Counted from the stretch's first letter, positions 36,801 to 50,450 are shown. The stretch: DNA of 64,000 nt from Sphagnum compactum (GCA_965153455.1 OZ234493.1:36136213-36200212), one strand, 5' to 3'. Numbers and translations: made by a program. Notes: generated by a model from the letters alone, not told the origin.

Positions 36801-38459
36801 TTAATTTCCATAGTGAGAAAATAATTGTCCAATTGTTAAGCATTTGTATTTTTAAAAGAAGATTGTTGAAATGGGTCATGGAGATATGAAAAAAAATTGT
36901 TAGGATTGATAAATGACCACAAGATGCATCTTTAGAATACCTAATTTCTTGATTTACATCCAATGTTGAGTCCTTATGTTGTAAAAATGTAAATAATAAG
37001 TCAATTTTTTGTCCATCTCACAAAATACATTTTTTTTGGGTGGATGGAGAAGGTTCACCTCCTGTTATGATCAAGACATTATTTGTACGATTGAACTAGT
37101 TACTTTTCATTTGGAAACTCCTCAACTTGAATTCATAATCACATGGCAAAAGGATTGCACCTAACTATGAAATACCAAAAAATCACCATTTGAATACCCA
37201 AATACTTGTCCAAATTTGGGACACTCAAGTTTACTTACACCCAATTATGATCTTGTCCTATCAATTGTTTCATTGCAATTAGCTCTACTCCTGATTTTGA
37301 TTTTTTTAATTTCATAATTTAAATGCCTTTGGTTTTAACAACAAGATTTTGATTGGAGCAAATACCATTATCAAAGTGTGAATACTCTAAGACGCATAAA
37401 ACACAATCTATTATAGGGTTTCTTTTCCCAAATTTAATTGTTGAAGAATGTTATTTAAATATATTGTTAGGGCATTAGACCACATTTAAGGAAGATTTCA
37501 ATTTCCATTATTATTTTTATAAACTCATTTTCAATGCTAAAACTACAAATTGGACATTAAGATTTACCCCAATTTGTGTGGGGTTTGGCCAAACCTCCAT
37601 CCATATAGCTCTTCAATTTGCTAGATTGTGAAAATAATCAAGCTTGTTTTTACATAAAAACAAATAAATGAAAAATTTGCAATCTTGTTGAATTGCATAT
37701 TTAATCACTTTGGAAAACTTTTTAGTTTCGATAGTATTCATGAACCTAAACATAGGGACTCCATTTTGTCAAGTTGTAGTAGTTGAGGCAACTAGAACTA
37801 CATGAGCTTCCCCAACTAATGTGCAACATGTTACATGTAGTATCATGTAATTTGTTGGGATTCTAGATATGTAAGTTGGTAGAGTCTAATTTTCATGTTG
37901 CAACAATAGCTGGCAAACTATTTGAGCTTTTTTAAACAATTTCCAATTTTGGTATTTTGAAAATTTGGACTTAAAGAAACTTTAATTTTGGTGTTTTTAA
38001 AAAACTAGAATCAAAGAACCTTTGGATCCAAGTTTCTCGAAAACCCTGAAAGAATTGACAATTCTCACAAAATAAGAAACAAAGAGTTGATGGTAAATTA
38101 TAAAAGGTTGTTTGACTAGTTTTAAGATTTACTTAGAGCTATGGTTACATATCAAAATTATTTTCCAAAGTTTGGATAACCATGGTCATATGTCAAGATT
38201 GGTCCTTTTGATTTTTTTGAGAATTTGACAAGCCCTAAACCCTAAACCATCATTCTAAAAATTATTGGTTGTCGTGTGACATTTTTAAGAACCACCCACA
38301 CGTTGGTTGCAAAATTGGACCCTATTCTTGATGTAATGTCTCCTACTTGAACATTCCCATCACTAGTGTAGCCCCCAAAAAAAAGCTCAACAAAAATTTG
38401 ATTTTGGTCAAATGTCAGGCATAACAATGATAGTAATACATTGGTCACTCAACACAATA

Positions 38460-40050
38460 GAAAAATGAAGATACACAAGCATGGATTCATTGTCAATAAA
38501 TATTACAACATCAACACAACATTTATGATGTCACCTACCATTAATTATACTTTAGAATTTTCTCATCCAATGTCCATAAATGTTTTTTTGATATCTTGGC
38601 TTTTTTATTAGATTTATTAGCGTTCATTTTTCTTTTGAGTTAATTTCTAACCCATCTTCCCATATGCAACTATGGACCTAGATGAAATGTAGGTCCCATT
38701 CTAAGGGGGGGGGGGAGGGGACATTTAATGTTATTTTTGTAACATATGTGTGTTAAACAACTTAGGGGGGGGGGGGTATTAGGTTTTGGATTTATATTTT
38801 ACCCCACCCTATTATTATCTAATTTTTTATTATGCACATATTTTAGCCACTGTATATATAGTTAGTTTATTTTGAAATTTAATTTCAATACTTATATATT
38901 ATTTTAATTTTTTGTTTTAGAAAAATTGTAGCTAAAAACAAAAATGAAACCATGGAATGTAATTGAAATGAAAAAAATTGCAATTTACAAACATTTATTA
39001 GTCACAAATTAATCAAAACATTATTTCACAATAATTGAACTTGCTCATCACCAACTTGCCCCCTCCATGTATGTGTGTTTTTATAACACTTTAATAATGT
39101 GTTCAAGGTTAAGTGCTAATGAAATGTTGATAAAATCATTGGTCTAATGTTGTGATTAACTAATATCTTAAATATGTAATGCACGTGCTATTTATTTATT
39201 TTTAATTATTAAAAATTTACACATACCCTATATTAATTATAAATTTATTTTCAAGATATATAACCCTATTTTTGAATTAATTAACTTATATCTTTTACCT
39301 TATAACTAATATATTGCATTTTATATTTGTACTCACATATTTTTTATTTTTTTCGAATAGTGTCCCCCCTAAGGTCCCACTTTATGTTCAATGCCCATCT
39401 ATTGCCAATCTAACAGTTAATTATTCCCCATATGCAAACTCAATTTGTCATCAAGTTTACACCGCATAGTTTATAAGCTTGGGACTTATGCAACCCATAA
39501 AATTTGTAAAATTCTTGTGTTTCACAATTGGGTTTTATTCTATTTTATTGCAAACCTTGCTTCACAAACATGGATACCCATGAACTATATTTATAATGAC
39601 ATTAATCTTGAATAAAAATGTTTATGCTTTACACCACCTAATGATTAAATAACAAATTTCTTCATTCCTAAACACCTAACATGAAATATGAAAATGCTCT
39701 TGTTTTAGGTTCAAACCTTCACATTATCATCACTTTTAGGCAAGACATCTTCATTTTATTGTTGGAGTATAGTGTGTTGACCTAAAAATGTCTAATATTA
39801 AGTGTAATAAAACAATTTTCCAACAACAGTATAGGTCCCCCATTTATTTCTAAATTCCAACACCATGCACCTCACATTAGAATTCAAAATCATAATGAAG
39901 AAGATAATTTTTTTGGTCCAAAACACCCATTTCATCTCCATCATAGGGTTTGTAAAAAAAAACCATGCCAAGTCATGAAAGTTTGTTCCACATAAAAAGC
40001 TAAAACCAAAATAAAAAAAGTTCCATGGCAACATTGAATTTATAAACAAC
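38460..40050. repeat. Dispersed repeat, copy 1 (decayed element of unknown class); copy 2 at about 51380-52430, same orientation
   Basis: Shared blocks: tctaacccatcttcccatatgca; tatgttcaatgcccatcta; tagtttataagcttgggac; aaaccttcacatt; tgttgacctaaaaat; aaacaattttccaacaa. Confidence 0.85.
38701..39373. mobile_element. 673-bp non-autonomous TIR element with an 8-bp TSD
   Basis: Ends CTAAGGGGG...GGACA and TGTCCCCCCTAAG. Flanks GTCCCATT (38693-38700) and GTCCCACT (39374-39381). Absent from the paralogous copy near 51660. Confidence 0.8.
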
Positions 40051-42875
40051 CAACCACCTCATAAATGTCATCAATCTTTAATGCACTTGTAAAATTTAAC
40101 ATACAACACACAAACATAAAGCTAAAATGTGCACAAAGCCAAAAAGACAAAGCACCGCTCTTCCTTTTTGTTTTGTGTTTCCCAAATCATTTGTTCATAG
40201 TTTTTAGGAATCAATTTTCGTGTCATGTATTTTGGTAGTGTTCATGATGGTAATGCTTTGGTCTATTATTCTTTTTGAAAAATCACCATCTCCTTGTTCT
40301 ATTGAGCTCCACCTACTAGTTCTTTTGAAACATCTCTTTCTTTAACTTCCAATAATGTGAATACATTAACAATAAAATGTCCTAAAGACGTAGCCTTGAC
40401 AAATTGAATTGTAATATTGATTGTTATAAATTAAAAAACAAGGGTTGGTTGATCAAGTACTTCATGTTGGAAATCCTCCCTTCCATTTGATGTGCAAACT
40501 GAATTTCAACTTAAAGTAACATCCACATTTGCATGTTTGCTTCTAAGACAGTGACTAATTTTGAAATTTGGAAGTCTTGTGGCATAAAAATCCACCTTCC
40601 TTTCTAACTGTACAAATTGGAAACAATCACCAACCACTCAAAAGGTTTGTGGTTAGTCTTGAAAAAAAATAAAATCTACTACAAGAATGGTGGAACTACA
40701 TGATGCCCAAAATGAATGTGTAGTTCACTCACCTTCCACTAGGTGATACCTTTTCTGAACTAAGGTCATGCCTTTATTTGCATAGGCTATGACCTATTCT
40801 TGCTTGCCATTTTTCTAACATAAAATTGTTCTCCCCCATTTTATCAACCAATCAACGTCCAAGATAAACGTTTTCAAAAAATCTAGCCTTGACAAATTGG
40901 CACTTTAAAAAGCTTTTGCTTGAATGTGTCAAAAGAAATTTGGCACAAAGGAGTTCAATGAAAAATATGATCCTTCTTAATTAAATCAAATAAAGGTCCA
41001 ATGAGGTTGGCATGCCCTTTTATGATTTTTTTGTAATATCATCTAAGGCCAAAATTGGCTCTAACATTAATTATTGACACAGGAATGTGGAAATTCAAGA
41101 GAGCTTGTACCTTAGAAGGATCAAGATGGGACAACGTGCATTTATGTGCATCGCTACAACCATGTGCCTCATAAAAGTTATCTCCCTTGCCCCAAAACAA
41201 CATTTTCCCAAATTGAACTTCAAGTTGACAACTTTCAACCTTTCAAATACCAACTTCAAATGATCAAAAAAATCCCCCTCTCTTATTATGGACATTAACA
41301 TCATCAACAAAAATCTTCAAAAACTAATAGGTGTAGTTTTTGAAAATTTACACCATTGTCCAAAAAAATATGTTTGTTGTGGTTTTCAATCAAAACAACA
41401 TCACACTCCACCCGAAAAGACCAAATTTGATAATGACTCCAATCTTTTTATATCATTTTTTCCATCCTAATCTATGATAATCTTAATTACAAATCCAATG
41501 TAGAAAACCACATCAAGTTTTCATGTTCAGTGATTACATGATCAATAAACAACATTGGAAAATAATCTTGTCTAGTTTGAGAACTCAAGGGCATGTAATC
41601 CCCACAAAACCTCTTGTTGCCATCCTTTTTATAGGAAGTGTAACACAACAAGCATACCCTGACGTGCTTTTGCACATATTTCCCAATTGACTTAATGCAT
41701 GTATATTAATATTAACTTCAACTCCTTTTCAAAAAGGAAGTCAAGTGTCATCCTACAAGATGGAAGACCATATGCATCTATGGAATGTTTTCCTAATGCA
41801 CGTATGCCCAATTCACTCTTATGCCATGCATATATGTCTTCAAATTCCCCCAAAAGATCCCATAGTTGTAGTTGAATGAGTTAAGGACTAACCTTGATCT
41901 TGGAGCAAATCTCCATCATCTATCTTCCCCACTTCCAAACTTAGCAACAAGAGATGATTCAACATTTGTGGCTTGGATAGGAAAAACATGATTAGGAATT
42001 AAACCTTTAATTTTATTATTTTCTTCATTTTCGTCCATTTTATCCAATATTGGTAATCATCTTTTTCAATGAGTTGTCCATCCAACAACTTCTAATGTTG
42101 GTTCTATAAAATCAAATTCACTATCTACATGGGTGCCTCCTTCTACATTGTTTCATCCAACCCATGATCCATCAAATCTTCCATGGGCAATTCCATGTTT
42201 TACGAGATCATTTATTAATCCTCATTTACATCACTATTAGATCTAGTAATATTTCCAAACCAATTTCTAGGTCATCATGTGGATCATTAAGTTTTGAAAG
42301 TTATGTGTGACCTAGATTTGACAAAGACAAACCTACCATGCTAACATCTATTTGTTACATTATTTATTTAAGTTCATGGTAAAAAACTATTTATAACATG
42401 TTGACGTAGTGAAAGGGAACATCTCCACTTCTGTGCTAAGCCCATTACATACTGAGATGACTTTTTATTCCACATAAACAACATTAATTTTCATCAAAAA
42501 ATCTAAACCCAACAACACATGGTAGATGTTTCAATGTCCACAATTAGGAACACCATGTTATAGTTGATATTTCCCACTTTGATAGGAAGACCAATGATTT
42601 TTCCTATTGCCCTAGTAATTGTCCCAAAAACCATCTTGTAATTTCTAATTCTCGAAACCATATGCATATGCCCAACTCTCAAACAGTGCCTATTACAATT
42701 ATAAACATTGAGGCCCATGTATATATAAGCCCCTCAATCAACCCATCCTAGATTTCCATAGTTAGATGCAAGGTTAATTTGTTCTGATAAGTTTTATTTA
42801 CACATACCCTTCTAATAGTAGGTGTCATAGAGATTGAAGCAACTTGAAATGTGTGAGCCATGGATTGTAATTCAA

Positions 42876-43695
42876 TGTCGCAACCCCACTTTGGCCAAGT
42901 GTGGGGGTGAAGCCCAACACTTGGAAAAGTTGGAGGTTTGGAGTCCTCCGGGACTCCCGAATGTTCAGAGCGCGACAGCAAGGCCCAAAACACCTCGCCT
43001 TGAGGTAATCTTGGTGTCATTGGAAAGGTCTTGAAACGTAGATATCGAAAATGGCCTCGCATTTGCCATTCGGACATCTGCAGCCCAACTTATGGGCAAA
43101 AGAAGGGCCGGGAGTCAAACTGGCAGTTTGACTCCCGACCACTAAAAGTCGAGAATCGACCCTTTCCCGACGTCGCCTCAGGGATTGCGACATGGCGTTG
43201 AAAAGATCTCGACGAGGGCTACAACTTTGGTTTAGACCTCGTTGCGATCGGACTCCGGAGTCGGGAGTTATGGCCATTCAAAGTTCTAGGAGTCCCGTCG
43301 GGACTATTTCGGGACTCCATTTCGGGAGTCCCAAGAATTTGTGCCATTTGGATGTAGGCTCCGTGGCGAGTTACAGAGAATACTATAAGGGAGAAGGTGG
43401 TGGCTTCTCCCGAGTCCGGGCCGTGGTGAGTCAAGTAGTCCAAAGTGCCCGTGGCTTGTCCCAACACCCAAGGGTGTTCCCGAATGTGAACTAACCCATT
43501 TGTGGTTGGTTTTGGATGCAGATTCGTGCTTGATCTACTAGTCCATCTTCCTAGTCTAATCCTGGGGCTACCAACGCGACCCTCTACCCCTTTCCAGAAT
43601 TGGAAGTCGGGAGCGTGCCCTTCGATCCTAACTTTCCGCAACTTCACATTGGTGAACCCTCAAGTGGGTTCACCCCGGGACCAAGGAGCGCGTCA
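42876..43695. mobile_element. Young 820-bp solo LTR with 5-bp TSD
   Basis: TGTCGC...GCGTCA termini. TTCAA at 42871-42875 and 43696-43700. GC- and CpG-rich compared with its flanks. Removing it rejoins the host frame QFVELQSMAHTFQVASIS. Confidence 0.9.
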
Positions 43696-43839
43696 TTCAA
43701 CAAATTGTTAAATTTTAGTTCCATAACTTTCCTTAGTAATAATGATTTGAATATTTATATACCTCAAAGTAATAATTATTAATAGTTGGATTAGCCTTTG
43801 GATATTTTCAAGCGTAGAGAACTTCTTTATTTAAGATGA

Positions 43840-45921
43840 TGTAACGCTTAATTAGTTTTAGGACCTAGTAAACCTTTTAAAGTGCATTATTCTTTTAGGT
43901 CGTAGAGAGGTGCAAAGGGATGTGGAATTAGATGTGATTTTATTGATATATTGGGAATACAAGCCCATAATTAACATTAACACTTCGACATGACAATATT
44001 GAATTAGTCTGTAGAATAATCTTCGAGCACTAGTGTTGTACTTGTAAGATTTCTAAGATGCAGTCCTAATACATCCTTATTTAGTTTCCACTTCTATTAG
44101 ACTCTTAAATAGAATCAAAATCAACCTTAAGTATTTACATTTTCACCAAAGTAACCTCAAGTGAATTACAACTTAGTAAACCAACTTAAAGGGGATAGAT
44201 CACAATTACAAAAAATCCAGAATGCGACGAATGGTGCGAGCTAAGTATTCGGCTCAATGCTCCATGGGAAGGGGGTTGATTGGGCCTTGTAGCCAACGAT
44301 AATGGCCATCATCGGGAACCCAAGTTCGACAATGAAAACGAACATCATCATCTTCACAATGACACTCTTCAAATCTTTCTGGCGCGGCTCCACGAGCAGG
44401 AACAAATTCTAAATAGATTGCTAAGGCATGTGGGTTGGGAGACAATCGACAATCCCATGCCGAACGATCAACTCGAGTGCGCACCATTCGCCTGGACGGT
44501 TTTTCTTCACGCGGCCGTTGAGAAACATTCACGTCAAGCGGTGCTTCTCCAAGCTCTTCCTGTTCTACTGCAACTGGAGGATTCGAGGGCGTAGCAACAT
44601 CATTCGCCATAACTAAAATTTCACATGCAACAACAAAAACTAAAGGGTAATCGAACTAATTTGGCACTTGCATTCAAGGGGGCTGTTACCTTTATTCAAG
44701 AAATTAGGGTAGGCGTGAGGCGTGGTAGTGACGGCGGAACTTCGTGAAATGCAGAACTTCCTTGTTCCAACGAATTTGTGAAGCCCTAATATCGACGGTG
44801 GATCTAGAAGTACATAGGAATTCTTGTAATTCCAAATTTCATTCTAATTACTATGTACTACATAATTAATTAGTACATGGTAAGGAATGACTAGGGAATG
44901 TTAAAAGAGTAAATGGTGCACGGAAGGGTTACTACTACCATTGAATTGATTTAATCAAATGGGAACTCAAGGATGTTTACTTATTATTACCGGTAAATTA
45001 TCCTAGTAATTAATTACTTAGAATAATTAGGATGAAAAAATGGGATATTAAAGTCGAACAGATGAAATTGACAAGGATAGAGCTCAAGAACCCTATCAAG
45101 ATGTCCAAAATAGGGAAAAGGATGAATCCTCCAATTCCATCGGTCATGAGGATTATCATCCTATTTGATTGGAGAATGGAACCTTCCTCGTGTTTCATTG
45201 GGCATAAGGATTCTCATCCTAATTTCCATAGGAAAGAAAATCATTCTCGATTCTCATTGGTGCATGAAGGATGAGGGGGCCACTGATTGGAGGGAAGGAT
45301 TTCCAAACTTCCATTGGACAAGGAGAACAAACTCAAGGAGGGATTTAGGAGGTTTACCAAGGAGAAAGGAGTATCTTGTGTTTTGGGGAAAGGAAAAGGA
45401 GGAGAATGAAAGTGTGACAAAGATATTAGTTCTTATGTGTGAAAGGTTGTTGTTGATAGAAAAGATGTGTGCAAACAAGAGCATGGAAGGAAGTTGTGTG
45501 TAGCAAGTACTTGAAGTGGAGTTCATAGAAGGATTTCCATGACAAGGCCTCTGGATTTTTATTTGAAATAATTGTTTCTCTCAAATCTGCCATTGGAGTT
45601 GTGTCAAATTTAAAACAATTCTAGTTTAGGAGGTGTAAAAGGTTCCCTCAAAAAATTTGCATCATCAGGTTTGTTGTAAGGGAGCTACACTTGCCGGAAG
45701 TAAAGGGGGTCGAAATTGTCTGTTTTCCTCTTCACATATAGTCAAATAGTTTTTAGCTCCGAGGCATAACTCTTGATTTACAAAATAAAAACTTATAAGA
45801 TTTTGTAACCTTGCTCCTTGTTAGATTAGCTTTTCAAAAATCCAATGCATGTTAGATTAGGAGGTTGTATGAAGATGTTATGACGAATGGAGCGAAGGGG
45901 GTTCAACCATCAAGCGTGACA
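43840..45921 (-). mobile_element. 2082-bp TG..CA bounded unit, probably a long solo LTR, nested in the gypsy gag-protease region
   Basis: Terminal inverted repeats TGTAACGCTTAAT and ATCAAGCGTGACA (11/13 match). Gypsy-like sequence on both sides. TSD only imperfect (ATGA/TTGA). Confidence 0.7.
44254..44610 (-). CDS. Hypothetical 118-aa protein encoded inside the LTR-like unit
   Basis: Intact ATG-TGA frame in a CpG-rich island. A T-rich 77-nt GT..AG intron candidate (44689-44613) ends 2 nt before the ATG. Acidic/proline-rich N-terminus and a Cys/His/Trp-rich C-terminal half. Confidence 0.5.
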   Translation of the reverse strand: MANDVATPSNPPVAVEQEELGEAPLDVNVSQRPREEKPSRRMVRTRVDRSAWDCRLSPNPHALAIYLEFVPARGAAPERFEECHCEDDDVRFHCRTWVPDDGHYRWLQGPINPLPMEH

Positions 45922-48470
45922 TTGAATGAACATCAACATAATGCTCCTTCACATTCCATCATGGCGAGTTATGATTCTCCCACAATGTCTTCGTATCTTT
46001 CAAGTGAACACAACGCATTAGAGTCTTAGTGAACTTCATTATATTACATTGAATCACCTTTACTTGTTAGACTACAACTACATAGTAATTCCATTCTCAA
46101 GTGGGTTTTTTGTGAGTGCATATCTTCATGTGGAAGGTGTGCAAGAATTTTTCACAAAATGTTTGCCACAATTCTTCATCCTTTAATCTCTTGGCAATTT
46201 TCACCAACCCTTCAAGGTATACCAATTCTTTAGGCGTGGCTAATATTATTTTGAAAGGATTGAAAACAATTTTATTACCCTTGAAGAATTGCATGATAAT
46301 TTTGTATTTTGTATGGTTTAATTCACCTCTAAATTTTATCGATCCTTTGATGTTTTTGTCTTCATGGACTCTGCCATTTTTGCCTCCTACACTAGTAAGA
46401 AGATTCCTTTTCTATGGAACTCTTGCTCCTAAAAAACAAATTATTCCAAATAATTGGTTGAGCTCCACGAATGTAACCTTTCCATCATTTACCAATATTT
46501 CCAAGTAATGTTTAAGGTTATAATTTTATGTTTTATGCCCCCCACCATACTTACACATTTTGGTATTTCAATAAACTCAAGACATGTGTGCAAAAGCACT
46601 ATGTCCCACTACATGGTGCAATTGACAACAATTCAAGTTATTGGGATTTCCAAGTTGGGTTACCAAGTGAAAGCACACCACAGGGGGGGCACTTTGGGCA
46701 CTTTCACAACATGTATGTAATGTATATTTTTGTAAAACGTGTTGCATTTAATTTTGGGTCTCACTTTTGGTGTGGGTTTGATTTTTTTATTTTCATGAAG
46801 TCAATGATATCTATTATTATTTGAAATTTTTATGATTAAATTCAAGGAATAATGGGTATATTTATGGTATATGCAATATAATAGAACCTATTTTTGTTTT
46901 TGAACTACACTACATTTTAGTTTGAATTAGTTAACCAAAAAATGTTTGAAATGAAAATTTAAAAAATGACCCACCTCACATATTTTATCATCTTCCATTT
47001 GAAAGTGATAGTTTGCCAAAATGTTAATTTACCACATACTTATGGTCATCACCCCCAAAAACACTCATTTGTGATATGATAATTATCAAACTTTTCACAT
47101 GGCTCACAAACTTATTCCAATCATATGGAATCACAATGTTTAATAGATATTACAAATTTCATAAAGATTAAAAATCATTTTAATCATTTTTTGAATATAT
47201 TTTTATTTTTTAACACACTGTGATGTATATTATTTTGGCACAAATATACTCTAACATCACATCATATTAAATTATGTAGTTTATTTGGAATTTGACTTAT
47301 TTGAGTTTTGACCTACCATAATATGCAAAAAGATTATGAAAATCCTTCATAGTAATGACATGGTTGAAGTTTAAACATGGGACCCCTAAAAAATAGTACA
47401 ATGTGATAACAATTTTGGCCCCCCCGTAATGTGTTTTCACCTTACCTCCTTACCATATTCAACCTCCTTGAAAAAATTAATCAATATCTCATTCAAAACA
47501 TGAATATGTGATTTGTTGATGTTTTTCCTTTAATAATTTCCACCTTCGTCTCATCTTTTATAAGTTCAAAGGCAATTTCACCAATTTTTCAAAAAACCTT
47601 TTCAACTTCAATGGCAGCTACCAACAACTCATCCATATCCTCGTAAGTTTTTATAACACACAACTTATGGATTTTTGGCATAAATCAAACCAAAAACCTT
47701 GTTTTTACATTTGAAATTTTGCCCCTTACAAAAACATGTTCCAACCTATCATAGTACATTTGACCCATTATCGAATATCCTACCTTATAATATCCATCTA
47801 TTTCACCTACAATTTTTTTTCATTATAAACCCCATATTTAACCAACATTAAGGCCTTCAAAGACTCTCAATTATGTACCAATTTTTGGCCTTCCTTTGTA
47901 AATTTAGCCAAGTTATTTTGAAAAAAATAATCCTCATCATCCTCCAACATTTTAATTACCCTTTATAGCCATTATCCCAATCAAAAAATCCTCCAAATGC
48001 TTTCCCCAAAAGACCTTATCCATGCCCTTAGGGTTGGCCATCACATTATGCTAAAAATTTCCTGCAACTCGCCAAAATTAAAATAACCTATCCTAAACAA
48101 AATGATTCTCCTTCAACTATCTACTTCAAGTTCTTTTACTTCTAAGTTGAATGCCTTTGATTTATTGTCATCTTTTTTGAAACTAACATATATGTCATTT
48201 CTTTTTGCATATCTCCAACCTAACTTCCCATATATATCCTTGCTGAAAATCCAACACAAAAAGAGAAAATCCTTTCTAGATAATACAATCTTCAACAATC
48301 AATCTCTAAGCCTACTCTTGTTATCTAATTCCAATTTATAAAATTGTGCATGACACACATTAATTTCAACTTCTATAGGAATCCACATATCTTCTAGTCT
48401 AGGAACTAATTGTTAATATTGCTTTCTAGGGCGTAACAAATTGTACCTACGTCTAAAAGAAAAATTTACT

Positions 48471-49247
48471 TGTTGGGAGTGGAAAATCAACAAATAAAAA
48501 TTATGGGACTAGAAGTCCCAACACAATAACCATGCAAGATAAAGCAATAATAACATTTATTGAATTCCTAAAAAGGGAATACCACCTTTGGAAATGTTCA
48601 AAAAACACATTAAAAACCTAAAAATGGATTATGCATGGAGTGCTACCACTATTGTAACCATGTATACCATTTGCAAACTACTATTAGGCATTATAAACAT
48701 GTTGCATCCTTCTTCCTAGTTGGTCAAAGAGTCATTTACCTTCTTGCAACATGATTTCCACATAGAATAAAACACAACCTACACAAACACCTAGGCTAAA
48801 GAAAAATAAAATTAAATGAAAATGTGGGGCGAAAATCTCCACAACTCTCCACATTGGTTTACTTTCAAAAAACTAAAGTACAAACAAGTTTTTTCCCTCT
48901 TTCCAAACTTCCTCTAACACCTTTTTAAAGCGCCCCCCCCCCTCCCCCCCCCCCCCCGCCCCAAACACACACACACATGATGGGGGAGGGAGACCTCACA
49001 ATGATTTCCACCCATCGCCCTAACCATATCTCTTCTTATTTTCTAACCACCCTCCTAATCTTTTCCAAAGTTAACTTAAGTGAAATGACAAAGTAGTGCC
49101 AACTTCCACCTTTAAAACTAATTAAACCTAGTGGTTTCACTATATAGGTAATTAGATAGTAGTAAATAGCTTTACCTACCATCAATAATTAGATATTACC
49201 AAGATATTATTTAATGAATTAATCTTAAGTTGACTTGCCCACTAACA
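48471..49247 (-). repeat. Probable 777-bp LTR between two gypsy internal regions
   Basis: On the minus strand it begins TGTTAGTG at 49247 directly after the PPT AAAGGAGGGATAA and plausibly ends CCCAACA at 48471. gag remnants follow at lower coordinates. Confidence 0.55.
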
Positions 49248-50450
49248 TTATCCCTCCTTTATTTTGGATTTCATCCTTGAAATCTAGGTCAAGTAGTATG
49301 TTGCAAAGTTGGAGAAGATGAACTATTATTTATATGTTTCGAAAAGGGTGTGCCAAATTTTCCCATCACCATTTAAAACTTAACAGTAGTAAGTAGTTCG
49401 GGTGTAGGAGTATGGTAACGTACCACCTAGTTAAAAAGGAATCAAATTATCACTATTATCGTTTAAACTTTCTAATGACTTGGAATTAGTTGTCACTAGC
49501 ACTTTGTTTGCATTGAAATTAGGGGAATTCTGCTAGTAAGCGATAAGTTGTCAGGTGTAGATTGCTTCATTCACCTCTTGAAGTGCCAAGGTAGTATCCA
49601 ACATGCCCTGCACATTTAATCTAAATCGTTGTTGACATTATTTTCGAATGGTGTTCTTTTTCAACTTCCAAGCTATTGTTTGTGCTTAAAGTAGAACATG
49701 TTTTTCACCATGGTCTCATACCTTTCCAATATGTTATTCGTCATAGTTACACATTGAACATGTTTTTTTCACTTTCCCATTTAGGCCTATAGGTTGGTAA
49801 TTATTGTCCTTAACTAATTGTTATACTCATTTTATAATTCTACCACCTCCTTTTTTGTTCTATCCAAGCAAGTAAAAGGCTTGATAGTTTTCTCCTTGTA
49901 TTCTTCTTCATGTAATACTCCCACTAGTGCCTTAACAACTTTTCTTTGGTGTTCCATTCAAATTTCGAGCTATTTTTGAAGGCAACTACCTTCCCAATTA
50001 ACTCCATGATCTTCTGCAATTAGGTCTACATGATTTGACCTTGATGGGTTAACAATGCTTTGATTTTGTCTAACATGGTCTATAAACTATTAACCCATTG
50101 AAAATTTTCTTCCACTAGCTTTTATTGGTCGATAAATTCATTTAAGGATTGGGCAAGGCTTTGATTTTATCACCTTTCCTCTACCAAACGTTCTTCTAAA
50201 GTGGCAATTTGGGCTTGATATTATCCTACCATTTTTTCCATTTGCCACTAGCCTTTAATGGCAAAAAAAATTTGGGTCAATGCATCTAGTTCGCCAACTA
50301 CCACCTCAAGAACTATTGATTGTCATTATATATGCTCGAAGGTAGCTTGTAATGTACACCTTTTCCACTATGGTGGTAATCATCTTGGTAATACCTTTAG
50401 AGCTTACAGAGGCCTCCTCTAGAATTATCACTTGACATTATTATAATTCA
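49248..50450 (-). mobile_element. 3' end of another gypsy internal region (decayed coiled-coil-type ORF plus PPT)
   Basis: Broken E/K/L-rich frame (AQIATLEERLVEE) ending in GATTTCAAGGATGAAATC plus a polypurine tract, like the arrangement at 437-473. Confidence 0.6.

Larger units (their letters stand above)
40200..48470 (-). mobile_element. Decayed Ty3/gypsy internal region (gag, protease, RT, RNase H) interrupted by nested insertions
   Basis: gag-like QMYYDRLEHVFVRGKI and KLCVIKTYEDMDELLVAAIEVEK (about 47600-47760). Protease-like LIEGLIYTWASM (degenerate DTGAS, about 42710-42745). RT KKDGNKRFCGDY...WFSTLDL (41487-41675), KIFVDDVNVH (about 41290-41317), HLKLVFERLKVVNLKFNLGKCCF. Confidence 0.9.

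Noticed and set aside
34030-37800. Possible transposase fossils (for example WTIIFSLWKLIPP on the minus strand, CACTA-like)
   Set aside because: Too decayed; no catalytic motif or termini that I can support.
42748-43782. Six overlapping ORFs up to 142 aa
   Set aside because: Expected by chance in the GC-rich solo LTR; several cross the insertion boundary.
45010-45526. Overlapping ORFs in the LTR-like unit
   Set aside because: Low-complexity purine/pyrimidine-skewed sequence with no protein-like signal; more likely leader or intron.
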